Source of the DNA: Caldisericia bacterium
GTDB taxonomy: Bacteria; Caldisericota; Caldisericia; B22-G15
Assembly (NCBI GenBank): GCA_030018355.1
Contig: JASEFN010000002.1
Coordinates: 46,699 to 110,698 of the forward strand
Direction of reading: 5' to 3'
DNA length: 64,000 nt
Part shown: in pieces, positions 1 to 10,313 of the stretch
Layout of the letters: each line of letters begins with the position of its first letter
Position numbering within the stretch: position 1 is the stretch's first letter
Made by a program: the position numbers and the translations under genes
Notes under the pieces: generated by a model
Database searches by the model: none
The model's input: only the letters and a program-made list of their open reading frames with translations
Told to the model about the DNA's origin: nothing

Positions 1-1
1 A

Positions 2-226
2 GTTGAAGGAATAAAAATTAATTTGAAGGGGGAACTCAACCCGTTAAGATTTTTGGGCAAAGATTTGAGAGAAAGAGCAGGATACAAAAAAATTATAGTA
101 GAAATTGATATAAAATCTAATGAACCAAAAGAAAAACTTAAAGAACTTCTTAAAAAAGTTGAGGAGAGGTGTCCTATATCAGATAATATAAGAAATCAAA
201 CGCCAGTGGAAATAGTTTTAAAATAA
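2..226 (+). CDS. OsmC/Ohr-family peroxiredoxin-like protein, 5'-truncated by the window edge (frame open back to nt 2)
   Basis: C-terminal OsmC-like sequence (..VEERCPISDNIRNQTPVEIVLK). The frame has no stop upstream to the window start. The listed start at 23 is a TTG inside the open frame. Confidence 0.5.
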   Translation, partial: VEGIKINLKGELNPLRFLGKDLRERAGYKKIIVEIDIKSNEPKEKLKELLKKVEERCPISDNIRNQTPVEIVLK

Positions 227-562
227 TTATTTTACATTAGGGACTATACAGAGAAATTCTATATCACTTTCTCCATCGTTTATTATTTGGTGTTCTTTAT
301 TTGGAGGAATATAAATAAAATAGTTCTCATGTACACAAAACTCTTCTCCATCAATAAAAACTTTACCATTGCCCTTTAGGAAAAATATTTCATGTTCATA
401 ATTGTGAGAGTGTCTTGGAGAATTTCCTCCATTTTTGATTCTAAAGTATCTTAAATGAAAATTTGGTCCCTTAATTAACCATCTTATAAAAGCACTTTTA
501 GCACCTTGCATCTCCACTATCTCTTCAGGAACTTCATTAAAATGTTTTACAATTTTTTCCAT
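227..562 (-). CDS. cupin-domain protein
   Basis: 111 aa with cupin His motifs (SPRHSHNYEHEIFFLKG..., PPNKEHQIIN). Confidence 0.55.
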   Translation of the reverse strand: MEKIVKHFNEVPEEIVEMQGAKSAFIRWLIKGPNFHLRYFRIKNGGNSPRHSHNYEHEIFFLKGNGKVFIDGEEFCVHENYFIYIPPNKEHQIINDGESDIEFLCIVPNVK

Positions 563-563
563 T

Positions 564-1226
564 TTAATCCTCCTTTGTTTCTAAAAATTTATCTTTTGCA
601 ATTTTTAAAATTGTTTTTGCAATATCCATATACATTTGAATGCGAGATTTTCTTCCTTCTTTAAATCCAATTTTCTCTTCTTTCATAAGTTGTGTAACTC
701 CCTCAAGAACAACATATTTAACTTTTATTTTATTTCTCCAGAAATAGTCTGATAGCAAAATTTCAAATCCATATCTTACTTCTGGATCGTATTTAAAATT
801 ATTCCAAAGTTCTCTTGTCATCGCTCTCTGTCCTGATAAAAATGGAGTTAATTTATGCGAAATATCAGTAGCAAAACGTCCTTTTTCAAAAATTCCACAA
901 GTTGTTAGATATTCACCTTCAATTATTGGTCTTAAAAGTTCTGTTATATGAAATGGTTTTAGCCCAATTAAATCTGCATCAAGAAATAAAATTATATCTC
1001 CAATACTATTTTTTACTCCTTCATAAAGAGCATATCCCTTTCCTTTATTTTCTTTAAGATCTATTGTTTTTACTCCTAATTTTTTTGCAATAATTCCAGT
1101 TTTATCTGTTGAACCGTCATTTACAACTATTATTTCATCAATAAATGGATTTTCAATTCCAACTTTAATTACATCTCCAATTGTTTTTTCTTCATTATAT
1201 GCTGGTATTATTAAACTAACTATCAT
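564..1226 (-). CDS. family 2 glycosyltransferase (DPM/GpgS-like)
   Basis: N-terminus SLIIPAYNEE, DGSTDKT and DAD motifs typical of GT-A/GT2. It overlaps proS by 11 nt. Confidence 0.65.
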   Translation of the reverse strand: MIVSLIIPAYNEEKTIGDVIKVGIENPFIDEIIVVNDGSTDKTGIIAKKLGVKTIDLKENKGKGYALYEGVKNSIGDIILFLDADLIGLKPFHITELLRPIIEGEYLTTCGIFEKGRFATDISHKLTPFLSGQRAMTRELWNNFKYDPEVRYGFEILLSDYFWRNKIKVKYVVLEGVTQLMKEEKIGFKEGRKSRIQMYMDIAKTILKIAKDKFLETKED

Positions 1227-2913
1227 ATATTTCTCTTTTTAGAAATTCTTTAACCTCCTCTTTTTTTAATTTAAAAATTTTATCATCGGCCCTTCTTTTG
1301 ATTTCAACTAAATTCTCTTTTTCAAAAGTTTTTCCAAAAATCACTTTATAAGGAATTCCAAGTAAATCAGCATCTTTAAATTTTTCACCTGGAGATAGAT
1401 CTCTATCTTCAAAAAGAACTTCGAAACCAATATTTAAAAGTTCATTATAAAATAACTCTGCTTCTTTTATTGTTTCTAAATTTTGTGAGATTGGAATAAC
1501 TATCACATGATATGGTGCAATTACATTTGTCCATACTATTCCTTTATCATCAGAATATTGTTCAATTGTTGCTGCAATAATTCTTCCAAGTCCAATGCCA
1601 TAGCACCCCATAATAAATGGTTTTAAATCTCCATTTTCATCTTGGAAATATGCTTTCATAGCCTCAGAATATTTTGTTCCAAGTTGAAAAGTGTGCCCTA
1701 ACTCAATGCCAATTTTTTTAATTAATTTTTCACCACATTTTGGACATGGGTCACCATCTCTTACTTTTCTTAAATCAACTAACTCTTTAACTTTAAAATC
1801 TCTTGGATATGATACATGTATATAGTGAAAATCCTTTTTATTACCCCCACATACTCCATTCTTAACATATTTAATTCTTAAATCCCCTATTATCTCCCCA
1901 TTAAAGCCAATAGGACCGGAAAAACCAAGAGGAGATGATGTATATTTTTCAATTTCAAATTCATCTGCTAGGCGAAGAGACTTTGCATTATAAAAATTTT
2001 TAAGTTTTACTTCATTTATCTCATCATCGCCTCTAATTAAAACTAAAACCGGTTTTTCATCAATAATATAAAGAATTGCTTTAATTAATCTTTCCTCGCT
2101 TATATTTAAGTAACTCTTTACTTCCTCAACCCTTTTCATATTTGGTGTATAAATAAGTTCAAGTGGTTCCTCTTTTTGAGTTTCTTCTTTAATTTCACCA
2201 CTTTTTGCTGCTTCTATATTTGCAGCATAGCCACAATTTGGACATACTACAAACTCACATTCACCAATTTGAGATTCAGCAACAAACTCATGGGATACTT
2301 TTCCACCAATTGCACCAGAATCAGCCTCAACTACATAATATCTTAATTTAAATCTATCAAAAATCTTTTTATATGCTTCAAAAACTTTTTTATAGGATTC
2401 AAAAAGAGCATCCCATGATACATCAAAAGAGTATAAATCTTTCATTAAAAATTCTCTACTTCTCATTATTCCAAATCTTGGTCTTATTTCATCTCTAAAT
2501 TTTGTTTGAATTTGATAGAGAAGTTGCGGCAGATTTTTATAAGATCTAACTGTATTTCTTACAATCATTGTTATTATCTCTTCATGTGTTGGACCAAGAC
2601 AAAAATCTCTCCCTCTTCTATCTTTTAATCTAAAAAGTTCATCTCCATAAATTTCCCATCTACCTGTTTCTTCCCATGGTTCTTTTGGTAAAAGAGCAGG
2701 AAGAAAAACTTCTTGTGCTCCAATTTTATTCATCTCTTCTCTGATAATATTTTCTACTTTTTTTAAAACTCTAAAACCAATTGGTAAAAAAGCATAAATT
2801 CCCGAACTAATTTGTCTTATTAATCCAGCCTTAATCATCAACTTATGACTTATTGTTTCAGCATCTTTTGGATCTTCTCTTTGAATAGGAACAAACATTT
2901 TGCTTAAATACAT
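1216..2913 (-). CDS. proS: proline--tRNA ligase
   Basis: 565 aa. Class II aaRS motifs, a bacterial-type ProRS N-terminus (MIKAGLIRQ..SGIYAFLP) and an anticodon-binding C-terminus. Confidence 0.9.
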   Translation of the reverse strand: MYLSKMFVPIQREDPKDAETISHKLMIKAGLIRQISSGIYAFLPIGFRVLKKVENIIREEMNKIGAQEVFLPALLPKEPWEETGRWEIYGDELFRLKDRRGRDFCLGPTHEEIITMIVRNTVRSYKNLPQLLYQIQTKFRDEIRPRFGIMRSREFLMKDLYSFDVSWDALFESYKKVFEAYKKIFDRFKLRYYVVEADSGAIGGKVSHEFVAESQIGECEFVVCPNCGYAANIEAAKSGEIKEETQKEEPLELIYTPNMKRVEEVKSYLNISEERLIKAILYIIDEKPVLVLIRGDDEINEVKLKNFYNAKSLRLADEFEIEKYTSSPLGFSGPIGFNGEIIGDLRIKYVKNGVCGGNKKDFHYIHVSYPRDFKVKELVDLRKVRDGDPCPKCGEKLIKKIGIELGHTFQLGTKYSEAMKAYFQDENGDLKPFIMGCYGIGLGRIIAATIEQYSDDKGIVWTNVIAPYHVIVIPISQNLETIKEAELFYNELLNIGFEVLFEDRDLSPGEKFKDADLLGIPYKVIFGKTFEKENLVEIKRRADDKIFKLKKEEVKEFLKREIYDS

Positions 2914-2916
2914 ATC

Positions 2917-3957
2917 TCACTCCTTTTTTAAAAGTTCTCTTTTTAAAAAGGGTACAATTTCATTTTCTTCAAGAGTTTTAATCATTTTACCATTTTTAAA
3001 AAATAAAATTTTTCCTCTTGTCATAGCAATTCCCAAATCAGCATCTTTTGCTTCACCAATTGCATTAACCTCACAACCCATAACCGCAAGTTTTATTGGA
3101 ATTTTTAAGTTTGAAAAATTGTCTTTAATATCTTTTAAAATTTTATCAAAATTTTTATTACATCTTGAACATTTTGGACATGAGATGATTTCAATTCTAC
3201 TTCTTTTTCTTAACGAAAGATTCTCTAAAATTTTTCTTCCAATTTTCACTTCATATGAAGAATCATTAGAAAGAGAAACTCTTATTGTATCTCCAATTCC
3301 CTTTAAAAGAAGATTTGAAATTCCAATTGTTGATTTTATAATTCCATCTTCATCGCTTCCTGCTGCTGTAACTCCAATGTGTATTGGATAATTAAATTTT
3401 TCATATAAGATTTCATTTATCTTAATTGTTTCAATTGGATCTTCGCTTTTTGCCGAAATTACAATATCAAAAAAAGAAAATTCTTCTAAAATTTTAACTT
3501 CCCTTTCAATTGCCTCTAACATAATTTTTAATCTTTCACCCTCTTTTTTTTCATAAACAAGAGACCCAACATTTGCTCCAACTCTAATTGGGATACCTTT
3601 ATGTTTTGCATGTAAAACAACTTTTTCAATATCTTTCCTTTCTTTAATATTTGATGGATTTAGTCTTATTTTTTTAACTCCAACATCAATTGAGAGAATC
3701 GCAAGTTCTGCGTTAAAATGAATATCTGCAATTATTGGTACTTTCGAATATTTTACAATTTTTTCAACATACTCAATACTTTTTTTATCAGGAACAGCAA
3801 CTCTTATAAGATCTACATCCTCTTCTATCATTTTATCTATTTCTTTCTTTATTTCATTAAATTTTTTTAAATTCCCTTTTATCATTCCTTGAAGAAGAAT
3901 CTCACCCTCCCCTATCTTTCTATCTCCTATGAAAAACCTTCTTTTTATTTTATCCAT
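2917..3957 (-). CDS. ispG: 4-hydroxy-3-methylbut-2-enyl diphosphate synthase (GcpE)
   Basis: 346 aa. The TIM-barrel N-terminus and C-terminal ISCPKCSRC Fe-S motif are typical of IspG. Confidence 0.85.
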   Translation of the reverse strand: MDKIKRRFFIGDRKIGEGEILLQGMIKGNLKKFNEIKKEIDKMIEEDVDLIRVAVPDKKSIEYVEKIVKYSKVPIIADIHFNAELAILSIDVGVKKIRLNPSNIKERKDIEKVVLHAKHKGIPIRVGANVGSLVYEKKEGERLKIMLEAIEREVKILEEFSFFDIVISAKSEDPIETIKINEILYEKFNYPIHIGVTAAGSDEDGIIKSTIGISNLLLKGIGDTIRVSLSNDSSYEVKIGRKILENLSLRKRSRIEIISCPKCSRCNKNFDKILKDIKDNFSNLKIPIKLAVMGCEVNAIGEAKDADLGIAMTRGKILFFKNGKMIKTLEENEIVPFLKRELLKKE

Positions 3958-4952
3958 CTCAAGATGTCAAAAAATGTAACCAAAAAGAGAAGGCCAAGTA
4001 AAAATATAAAACCAATAAGATGTACTAAATTCTCTTTTTCAGGAGGAACCCTTTTTTTGGTTATCCACTCATAAATAAGAAATGGGATTCTTCCACCATC
4101 AAGTGCAGGAATTGGAAGTAGATTAGTTAATGCAAGTAAAATATTTAGAATTGCTGAAAACCAAATAATTCCAAATAAACCAGCAGATTTCCCTATATTT
4201 GATGCAACTTGTACAATTCCAACTGGACCAACAATTCCACCAGTTGCCCTTCCTGTAATAATTAGTCGAATTGATGATAAGAATAAGAGAATTACTCTTA
4301 AAACTTCTTTAAATGAGTAATATATTGCTTGAAAGAAATTTAATTTTTCAAAGCCACTTATAATTCCAATTACCCATCTTTCATTCTCAAGTGTTGGTTT
4401 AACATAAAAAGTTAAGGTATCGCCTCCTCTTTTCACAACAATTTTTATTTCGTTTCCATTGCTATTTTGAATTTCATTTCTTACATCATCCCAAGTTTTA
4501 ATCTCTTTATCATTTATATATAGAATCTTGTCTCCACTTTTTAGTCCTGCACTATATGCAGGTGAGTTTTCTTGAACAGAGAAAATAGTAGTTGAAAGAT
4601 TATTAAAATCTCCAAATGTTGAAAATAAAATTATAAATATAAGAATGGCAAGCAAAATATTAGCAAATGGTCCACCTAATACTGTTAATAATCTACTTTT
4701 AAGTGGTTTCTTATAATATCCCTCAGGTGTTTCTAATTTGTCATCCATTCCCCTAATTTTTACATAAGCAAGAAAAGGAATAATTCTTAATGAGTAAAGT
4801 GTTTCATTTTTAATAAAAGAGATGATTTTCGGACCAAAACCAATGCTAAACTCTTCAACCTGCATACCACCCTTTTTAGCCATAATAAGATGACCAAATT
4901 CATGAATTGTTGCAGCAATTGATAAAGCAATTATTGCATAAATTATATACAA
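3945..4952 (-). CDS. rseP: RIP site-2 zinc metalloprotease RseP
   Basis: HEFGH zinc motif near the N-terminus, a central PDZ-like region, a C-terminal LPIPALDGGR motif and multiple TM segments. Confidence 0.85.
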   Translation of the reverse strand: MYIIYAIIALSIAATIHEFGHLIMAKKGGMQVEEFSIGFGPKIISFIKNETLYSLRIIPFLAYVKIRGMDDKLETPEGYYKKPLKSRLLTVLGGPFANILLAILIFIILFSTFGDFNNLSTTIFSVQENSPAYSAGLKSGDKILYINDKEIKTWDDVRNEIQNSNGNEIKIVVKRGGDTLTFYVKPTLENERWVIGIISGFEKLNFFQAIYYSFKEVLRVILLFLSSIRLIITGRATGGIVGPVGIVQVASNIGKSAGLFGIIWFSAILNILLALTNLLPIPALDGGRIPFLIYEWITKKRVPPEKENLVHLIGFIFLLGLLFLVTFFDILRWIK

Positions 4953-6085
4953 CTTTCCACCTCTTTCTTAATTAATTCTTCAATCTCTTTTTTTAAATCT
5001 TCTAAAATTGAAAGATTAAATTCTCTTTTTTCAATTTTATCATAAACTATTTTTAGAATTTTTCCTATTGAAAGAAAGTCAATTTTTCTTTCAAGAAAAA
5101 GATCAATTAAAATATCATTTGCATATATAATTGAAAATGGTTTTGTTCCTCCATCTTTTCCACTTTCAACTATCACTTCAAAACATGGGAAGCGATCTTT
5201 TTTAAATTCATAAAATGAAAGACCTTTTTTGAAATCGAATCTTTTGTAAGAAGATTTTATTCTTTCAGGAAAGGTAAGTGCTCTTTGAATTGGATATCTC
5301 ATATCTGGTTCATATAAAAGAGCAATAATTTCACCATCAATAAATTCAACTAATGAATGAATTATGCTCTCTCTATGAATTATAACTTCAATTTTTTCAT
5401 AAGGCACTTCAAAAATTAAATTTGCTTCAACAACCTCCATTCCTTTATTAAAAAGAGTTGCTGAATCAATAGTAATTTTTTTACCCATACTCCATGTTGG
5501 ATGTTTTAGCGCATCTTCTGGTTTAATATTTTTAAGTTCATCTTCACTTAAATCAAAAAATGGTCCACCTGACGCAGTTATTATTAATTTTTCAATTTCC
5601 TCTTCATTTCTTCCCAAAGTAATCTCCCAAATTGCATTATGTTCTGAATCTATTGGAATAAATTTCATATTTCTTTTTTCTATCTCCTTCATTATTAATT
5701 TACCAGCAGATACAAATGCTTCTTTGTTTGCAATATAGATTTCTTTATTTGCTTTTATTGTTTCAAGTATCCAAAAAATATCATCAACTCCTCTCGATGC
5801 AAAAAATATTATATCTATATCACTATCTTTAAGAACATAAGGAAAAATTTCTTTAAATAGACCAACATTTTTAGACTTTACTATCTCTTTTAATTCTTTT
5901 GATTTTTTTTCATCATTTATCAAAACATATTTTGGTTTAAACTCATTATAAATTTCAATCAAAGAATTTAAATTACTATTTGCAGATATTCCTTCAAGTT
6001 TAAACTTATCTTTTAAATTTCTTATAACATCAATTGTGCTTTTACCAATTGAACCAGTTGCACCTACAAGAAAAATTTTTTTCAT
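4943..6085 (-). CDS. dxr: 1-deoxy-D-xylulose 5-phosphate reductoisomerase
   Basis: N-terminal LVGATGSIGKSTIDV Rossmann motif typical of Dxr. Length 380 aa. Confidence 0.9.
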   Translation of the reverse strand: MKKIFLVGATGSIGKSTIDVIRNLKDKFKLEGISANSNLNSLIEIYNEFKPKYVLINDEKKSKELKEIVKSKNVGLFKEIFPYVLKDSDIDIIFFASRGVDDIFWILETIKANKEIYIANKEAFVSAGKLIMKEIEKRNMKFIPIDSEHNAIWEITLGRNEEEIEKLIITASGGPFFDLSEDELKNIKPEDALKHPTWSMGKKITIDSATLFNKGMEVVEANLIFEVPYEKIEVIIHRESIIHSLVEFIDGEIIALLYEPDMRYPIQRALTFPERIKSSYKRFDFKKGLSFYEFKKDRFPCFEVIVESGKDGGTKPFSIIYANDILIDLFLERKIDFLSIGKILKIVYDKIEKREFNLSILEDLKKEIEELIKKEVESCI

Positions 6086-6864
6086 AATATAAAATATAAA
6101 ATTGGAATTGTAAATATAAAACTATCAACCCGATCAAAAAGACCCCCATGACCCAAAATTATTTTTCCAGAATCTTTTACTTTAAAATACCTTTTTATTG
6201 TTGATTCAAAAATATCTCCCAAAAAAGATAAGAAAACAATTAGTAATGGGAGAACTATAAGATTCAAAATTGAAAAATTTTTATAAAACAAACTTAATAA
6301 GAAGTAAAAAATATAAAGAGAAATAATGCTTCCTATAAGTCCTTCAAAACTTTTACCAGGGGAAATTTTTGGAACAAGTTTTCTTTTTCCAAATCTTTTT
6401 CCAACAAAATATGCAAATATATCAGAAATCCATATTGAAATTAATATTATAAATGTATTAAATATCCCTTTATTTTCCCTTAAAAGAAATAAACAAAAAA
6501 ATGGAAAAGTTGAAAGAATAAGAAAAGAGAATGGAAATAAAACTTCTTTTAAAAAATTTTCTATCTCTTCTTTTTTAATTAAAAAGAAAATAAATGAAAT
6601 TAGAAGAAATAAAAAAATAGATAATTCCAAATTTAAAAAAAATGGTACAAGAAGAAATGGAGAATAAAAGAGCCACTTTTTTAAATTTGAAATAGTGCTC
6701 ATTTCAAAAAAAAGAACAAAACTTAAAAAAATTAAAAATATTTTTAAATAAACCCCTCCAAAGTACAAAAAAATTATAAAAGGAATTCCAAAATAAAGTG
6801 CTCCGATTATTCTATTTTTTAATTCAGATTGCACCAAAACGCCTCTTTCTCCTTGAATATTCAA
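6082..6864 (-). CDS. cdsA: phosphatidate cytidylyltransferase
   Basis: Polytopic membrane protein with the CdsA C-terminal GHGGLFDRVDS motif. The listed ATG overlaps uppS by 41 nt. An internal GTG at 6834 preceded by AGGAGAAAGAGG may be the true start. Confidence 0.8.
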   Translation of the reverse strand: MNIQGERGVLVQSELKNRIIGALYFGIPFIIFLYFGGVYLKIFLIFLSFVLFFEMSTISNLKKWLFYSPFLLVPFFLNLELSIFLFLLISFIFFLIKKEEIENFLKEVLFPFSFLILSTFPFFCLFLLRENKGIFNTFIILISIWISDIFAYFVGKRFGKRKLVPKISPGKSFEGLIGSIISLYIFYFLLSLFYKNFSILNLIVLPLLIVFLSFLGDIFESTIKRYFKVKDSGKIILGHGGLFDRVDSFIFTIPILYFIL

Positions 6865-7519
6865 TTATTGCTTTTTCAAACTCATTTTCATCAAAATCTG
6901 GCCATAAAGTTTCAGTGAAATAGAGTTCTGTATAAGAAAGTTGATAAAGGTAATAATTTGAAATTCTTAATTCTCCAGAAGTTCTTATAAGCAGATCTGG
7001 GTCTTTATATGGATATGTTAAAAGAAATTTAGAAAATATCTCTTCATCCACTTTTTTAATACCACTTTCAATTATTTTATTTACTGCTTGAACAATATCA
7101 AACCTTCCACCATAGTTTAAACCAATAAGAAGTGTCATTTTATCACAATTTTTTGAATTTTCTTCTACTCTTTCAATCTCTTTTATTACAAAATCTGGAA
7201 GTTCATCTTTTCTTGATAAAAATTTCACTTTTATCCCTTTTTCAACTATTGCATCAAACTCTTTTTGTATTACCTCTTTAAATAGATTCATTAAAAAATT
7301 AACTTCTTCTCTCGGTCTTTTCCAATTTTCAGTTGAAAAAGCAAAAAAGGAAAGTACTTTTATACCCTTTTTATAAGCATAAGTTATTGCTCTTTTAACA
7401 GCATTAACTCCCTCTTTATGACCGTATATTCTTGGAAGCCCCCTTTTTTCAGCCCATCTTCCGTTGCCATCCATTATAATGGCAACAGATTCAGGAATAA
7501 TTAAATTAGACTCTCTCAA
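6824..7519 (-). CDS. uppS: undecaprenyl diphosphate synthase
   Basis: IIMDGNGRWA and ENW..R motifs of cis-prenyltransferases. Confidence 0.9.
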   Translation of the reverse strand: MRESNLIIPESVAIIMDGNGRWAEKRGLPRIYGHKEGVNAVKRAITYAYKKGIKVLSFFAFSTENWKRPREEVNFLMNLFKEVIQKEFDAIVEKGIKVKFLSRKDELPDFVIKEIERVEENSKNCDKMTLLIGLNYGGRFDIVQAVNKIIESGIKKVDEEIFSKFLLTYPYKDPDLLIRTSGELRISNYYLYQLSYTELYFTETLWPDFDENEFEKAIIEYSRRKRRFGAI

Positions 7520-7528
7520 CTTGTTTCC

Positions 7529-8080
7529 TTAACTTAAAATATCCTTCTCTTTTGCTTTTTCGTGATTTGTTAAAATTTCATTATATTTATCAGTTAATTT
7601 TTGAATCTCATCTTGTAATCTATGGCTCTCATCTTCTGAAATTTTTTTCTCTTTTTCACTTTTTTTAATTTTCTCAATTGCATCTCTTCTTATATTTCTA
7701 ATTGAGACTCTTCTCTCTTCAGTTAACTTTTTTACAAATTTTACAAGTTCCTGTCTTCTCTCTTCTGAAAGTGGAGGAAAGAAAATTTTTATTACATTTC
7801 CTTCAATTTGAGGATTTAAGCCTAAATTAGCTTCATTTATTGCCCTTTCTATATCTTTAATAATATTTTTATCCCATGGTTCAATTACAATAGTTTGAGG
7901 ATTAATAACATTAATTGACGCAACTTGATTTAATGGTAATTTTTGGCCAAAATATGGAACCCTTATTTCCTCAAGTATAACTGGGTTTGCCTTGCCTAAC
8001 CTTATTTTAGAAAACTCTTCAAGCAAATTTTTTTCAACCTTTTTCATCAATGCTTCAGTTTCTTGAATGATCTCTTTCAT
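7529..8080 (-). CDS. frr: ribosome recycling factor
   Basis: 183 aa with the typical RRF sequence and conserved frr position after pyrH. Confidence 0.9.
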   Translation of the reverse strand: MKEIIQETEALMKKVEKNLLEEFSKIRLGKANPVILEEIRVPYFGQKLPLNQVASINVINPQTIVIEPWDKNIIKDIERAINEANLGLNPQIEGNVIKIFFPPLSEERRQELVKFVKKLTEERRVSIRNIRRDAIEKIKKSEKEKKISEDESHRLQDEIQKLTDKYNEILTNHEKAKEKDILS

Positions 8081-8082
8081 AT

Positions 8083-8790
8083 TTATCCTCCCTTTATAAT
8101 TGTTCCTTCCTCTCCTAATATTGCTTTAATTATTCCATCTTTTTTCTTTATATTAAAAACAATAACTGGAATATTTGTATCTCTTGATAGAGATATTGCA
8201 GTTGGATCAAGTGCTCTTAAATTTTTAATTAAAAAGTCAGTATAAGTTATAGTTTTTAATAATTTTGCATCTTTATCTATTTTTGGATCTGAAGAGTATA
8301 CTCCATCAACACTTGTTCCTTTTAATATGACATCTGCACCAATCTCCGATGCTCTAAGTGCTGCTGCCGTGTCTGTTGTAAAATATGGATTTCCAGTTCC
8401 TGCTGCAAAAATTACAATTCTTCCTTTTTCAAGATGTCTTACTGCTCTTCTTCTTATATATGGTTCGCAAACTTCAGTTAATGTTAATGCAGATTGGACT
8501 CTTGTCTCAAGTCCCATTTTTTCAAGAATTGATTGAATAAGAAGTGCATTCATTATTGTAGCAATCATTCCAATATAATCTGATGTTGCTCTATCAATTC
8601 CAAATTTTTCTCCAAAAGTTCCTCTCCAGATATTTCCTCCACCAATAACAATTGAGATTTGGATCCCCATCTCCTTTATCTTTTTTATTTGGAGACAGAG
8701 ATCCTTTATAAAATCTATATCATACTCTTCTTCTTTATTTCCTTTTAAAGCCTCTCCTGAAATTTTTAAGAGTATCCGCTTATACTCCAT
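8083..8790 (-). CDS. pyrH: UMP kinase
   Basis: KRILLKISGEAL N-terminus and amino-acid-kinase fold motifs. Conserved tsf-pyrH-frr order. Confidence 0.9.
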   Translation of the reverse strand: MEYKRILLKISGEALKGNKEEEYDIDFIKDLCLQIKKIKEMGIQISIVIGGGNIWRGTFGEKFGIDRATSDYIGMIATIMNALLIQSILEKMGLETRVQSALTLTEVCEPYIRRRAVRHLEKGRIVIFAAGTGNPYFTTDTAAALRASEIGADVILKGTSVDGVYSSDPKIDKDAKLLKTITYTDFLIKNLRALDPTAISLSRDTNIPVIVFNIKKKDGIIKAILGEEGTIIKGG

Positions 8791-9387
8791 CTACTCTTTT
8801 TCACCAACCTCAAATCTAATGAATCTTTTTATTGTTATATTCTCACCAAGTTTTGCAATTGCATCTTTTATAATATCAATTACCTTTCTTTTATCATCTC
8901 TAATGTAAGGAAGTTCTAAAAGGCAAACTCTTTTATAAAAATCTTCAAGTTTTCCTTCAATTATTTTTTCAATAACTTGGGGTGGTTTGTTCATATCTTT
9001 TAGTTGCTCTCTAATTATTTCTTTTTCTTTTTCAATTATTTCTTGTGGTACATCATCTCTCGAAATATATTTTGGTGAATCAAAAGCAATTTGAAGACAA
9101 AGTTCATTTGCAAGTTTTTTAAAATCTTCTGTTCTTGCGACAAAGTCTGTTTCACAATTAAGTTCAATCATAACACCAATTCTCCCACCAAGATGAATAT
9201 AGGAGTGAATTATTCCTTGCCTTGTCTCTCTACCAACCTTTTTTTCTGCTTGTGCAAGTCCCTTTTTTCTGAGATACTCAATTGCCTTTTCTATATCTCC
9301 TTGAGTTGCCTCAAGCGCCTCTTTACAATAAGATATACTTGCACCAGTTTTTTCTCTTAACTCTTTTATAAGTTCCATATTTGCCAT
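8791..9387 (-). CDS. tsf: elongation factor Ts
   Basis: N-terminal UBA-like LIKELREKTGASISYCKEAL, typical of EF-Ts. 198 aa. Confidence 0.9.
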   Translation of the reverse strand: MANMELIKELREKTGASISYCKEALEATQGDIEKAIEYLRKKGLAQAEKKVGRETRQGIIHSYIHLGGRIGVMIELNCETDFVARTEDFKKLANELCLQIAFDSPKYISRDDVPQEIIEKEKEIIREQLKDMNKPPQVIEKIIEGKLEDFYKRVCLLELPYIRDDKRKVIDIIKDAIAKLGENITIKRFIRFEVGEKE

Positions 9388-9390
9388 ATA

Positions 9391-10194
9391 TTACTCCTCC
9401 TTTTCTTCATAATCGCCTTTATTAATTCCTTCTTTCATAAACTCTTCGATTTCTTCTTCACTTGTTAAGAAGAGTTCTTCAATTTTTTCTTCTTCACGAG
9501 GCATTTCTATAACTTTACCCTCTTTTCCTTCAATTACTGCATCTGCAATAGCAGATGTGATTAGTTTTATTGCTCTTATTGCATCATCATTTGAAGGAAT
9601 TGGAATATCAGCAAGATCTGGGTCACAATTTGTATCAACTATTGCAATTACATATGATTTTACTTTTCTTGCTTCAATTATAGCATTTACATCCTTTTTT
9701 GTATCAGCAACAAATATTATTTTTGGAATTTTTGGGATCCCTCTTAATCCACCAAAAAGTTTGATGAGTTTATCTTTTTCTCTTTTAAACTCTTTTAGTT
9801 CTTTATATGAAAATTTTTGAGTGTCTCCTCTCTCTTCCATTCTTATCATCTCTTCTAATCTATCAATCCTTTTTCTAATTTCATAGAAATTTGTTAAAAG
9901 CCCTCCAACCCAACGTTCATTAACATAGTACATTCCACACCTTTCTGCTTCTTCTTTTACTACCTCTTGTGCCTGTTTTTTTGTTCCAACAAAAATTATA
10001 ATTTCTCCTTGTCTTATTAAATCTGAGACAAGTTTTGTTGCCCTATCAATTGCATCAATTGTGTGTCTTAAATCAAAGATGTGAATCCCATTTCTTTCCA
10101 TAAAAATATACTTTTTCATTTTGGGATTCCATCTTTTGACTTGATGACCAAAATGAGCACCAACTTCAAGAAGTTGTTTCATTGTTACTTGCAT
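9391..10194 (-). CDS. rpsB: 30S ribosomal protein S2
   Basis: MKQLLEVGAHFGHQVKRWNPKM is the S2 N-terminus. The track ORF (to 10263) is over-extended. The ATG at 10194 has a GGAGG Shine-Dalgarno 10 nt upstream. Confidence 0.9.
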   Translation of the reverse strand: MQVTMKQLLEVGAHFGHQVKRWNPKMKKYIFMERNGIHIFDLRHTIDAIDRATKLVSDLIRQGEIIIFVGTKKQAQEVVKEEAERCGMYYVNERWVGGLLTNFYEIRKRIDRLEEMIRMEERGDTQKFSYKELKEFKREKDKLIKLFGGLRGIPKIPKIIFVADTKKDVNAIIEARKVKSYVIAIVDTNCDPDLADIPIPSNDDAIRAIKLITSAIADAVIEGKEGKVIEMPREEEKIEELFLTSEEEIEEFMKEGINKGDYEEKEE

Positions 10195-10313
10195 ATTACC
10201 TTTTCCTCCTTTTAGGTTATTCCTCCGCTTCGTCATCTTCTCTTCACACCCCTTGAACCTCAAGAGGCACCTTGAAGAGAATCAGAAGCGTGTGTTTTTT
10301 TAAAATCTTAATC

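Noticed and set aside
2900-3391. ORFs of 60-160 aa antisense to or overlapping strong genes. Examples: 2900-3391 +, 6326-6667 +, 15136-15567 +, 17582-17890 +, 27527-27892 -, 39981-40292 -, 44394-44681 -, 52987-53217 +, 61923-62300 -.
   Set aside because: Each lies entirely inside a well-supported conserved gene on the opposite strand or in another frame. Their translations are low-complexity K/F/L/S/I-rich strings, as expected when AT-rich DNA is read out of frame. None has a credible Shine-Dalgarno site.
9391-10263. N-terminally extended RpsB ORF (MRFKGCEEKMTKRRNNLKGGKGN...) and extended nucleotidyltransferase ORF starting at 37590.
   Set aside because: The S2 consensus N-terminus begins at the internal M (10194), which has a perfect GGAGG 10 nt upstream. 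Likewise 37611 has an AGAGGGGG Shine-Dalgarno. The extensions are artefacts of longest-ORF calling.
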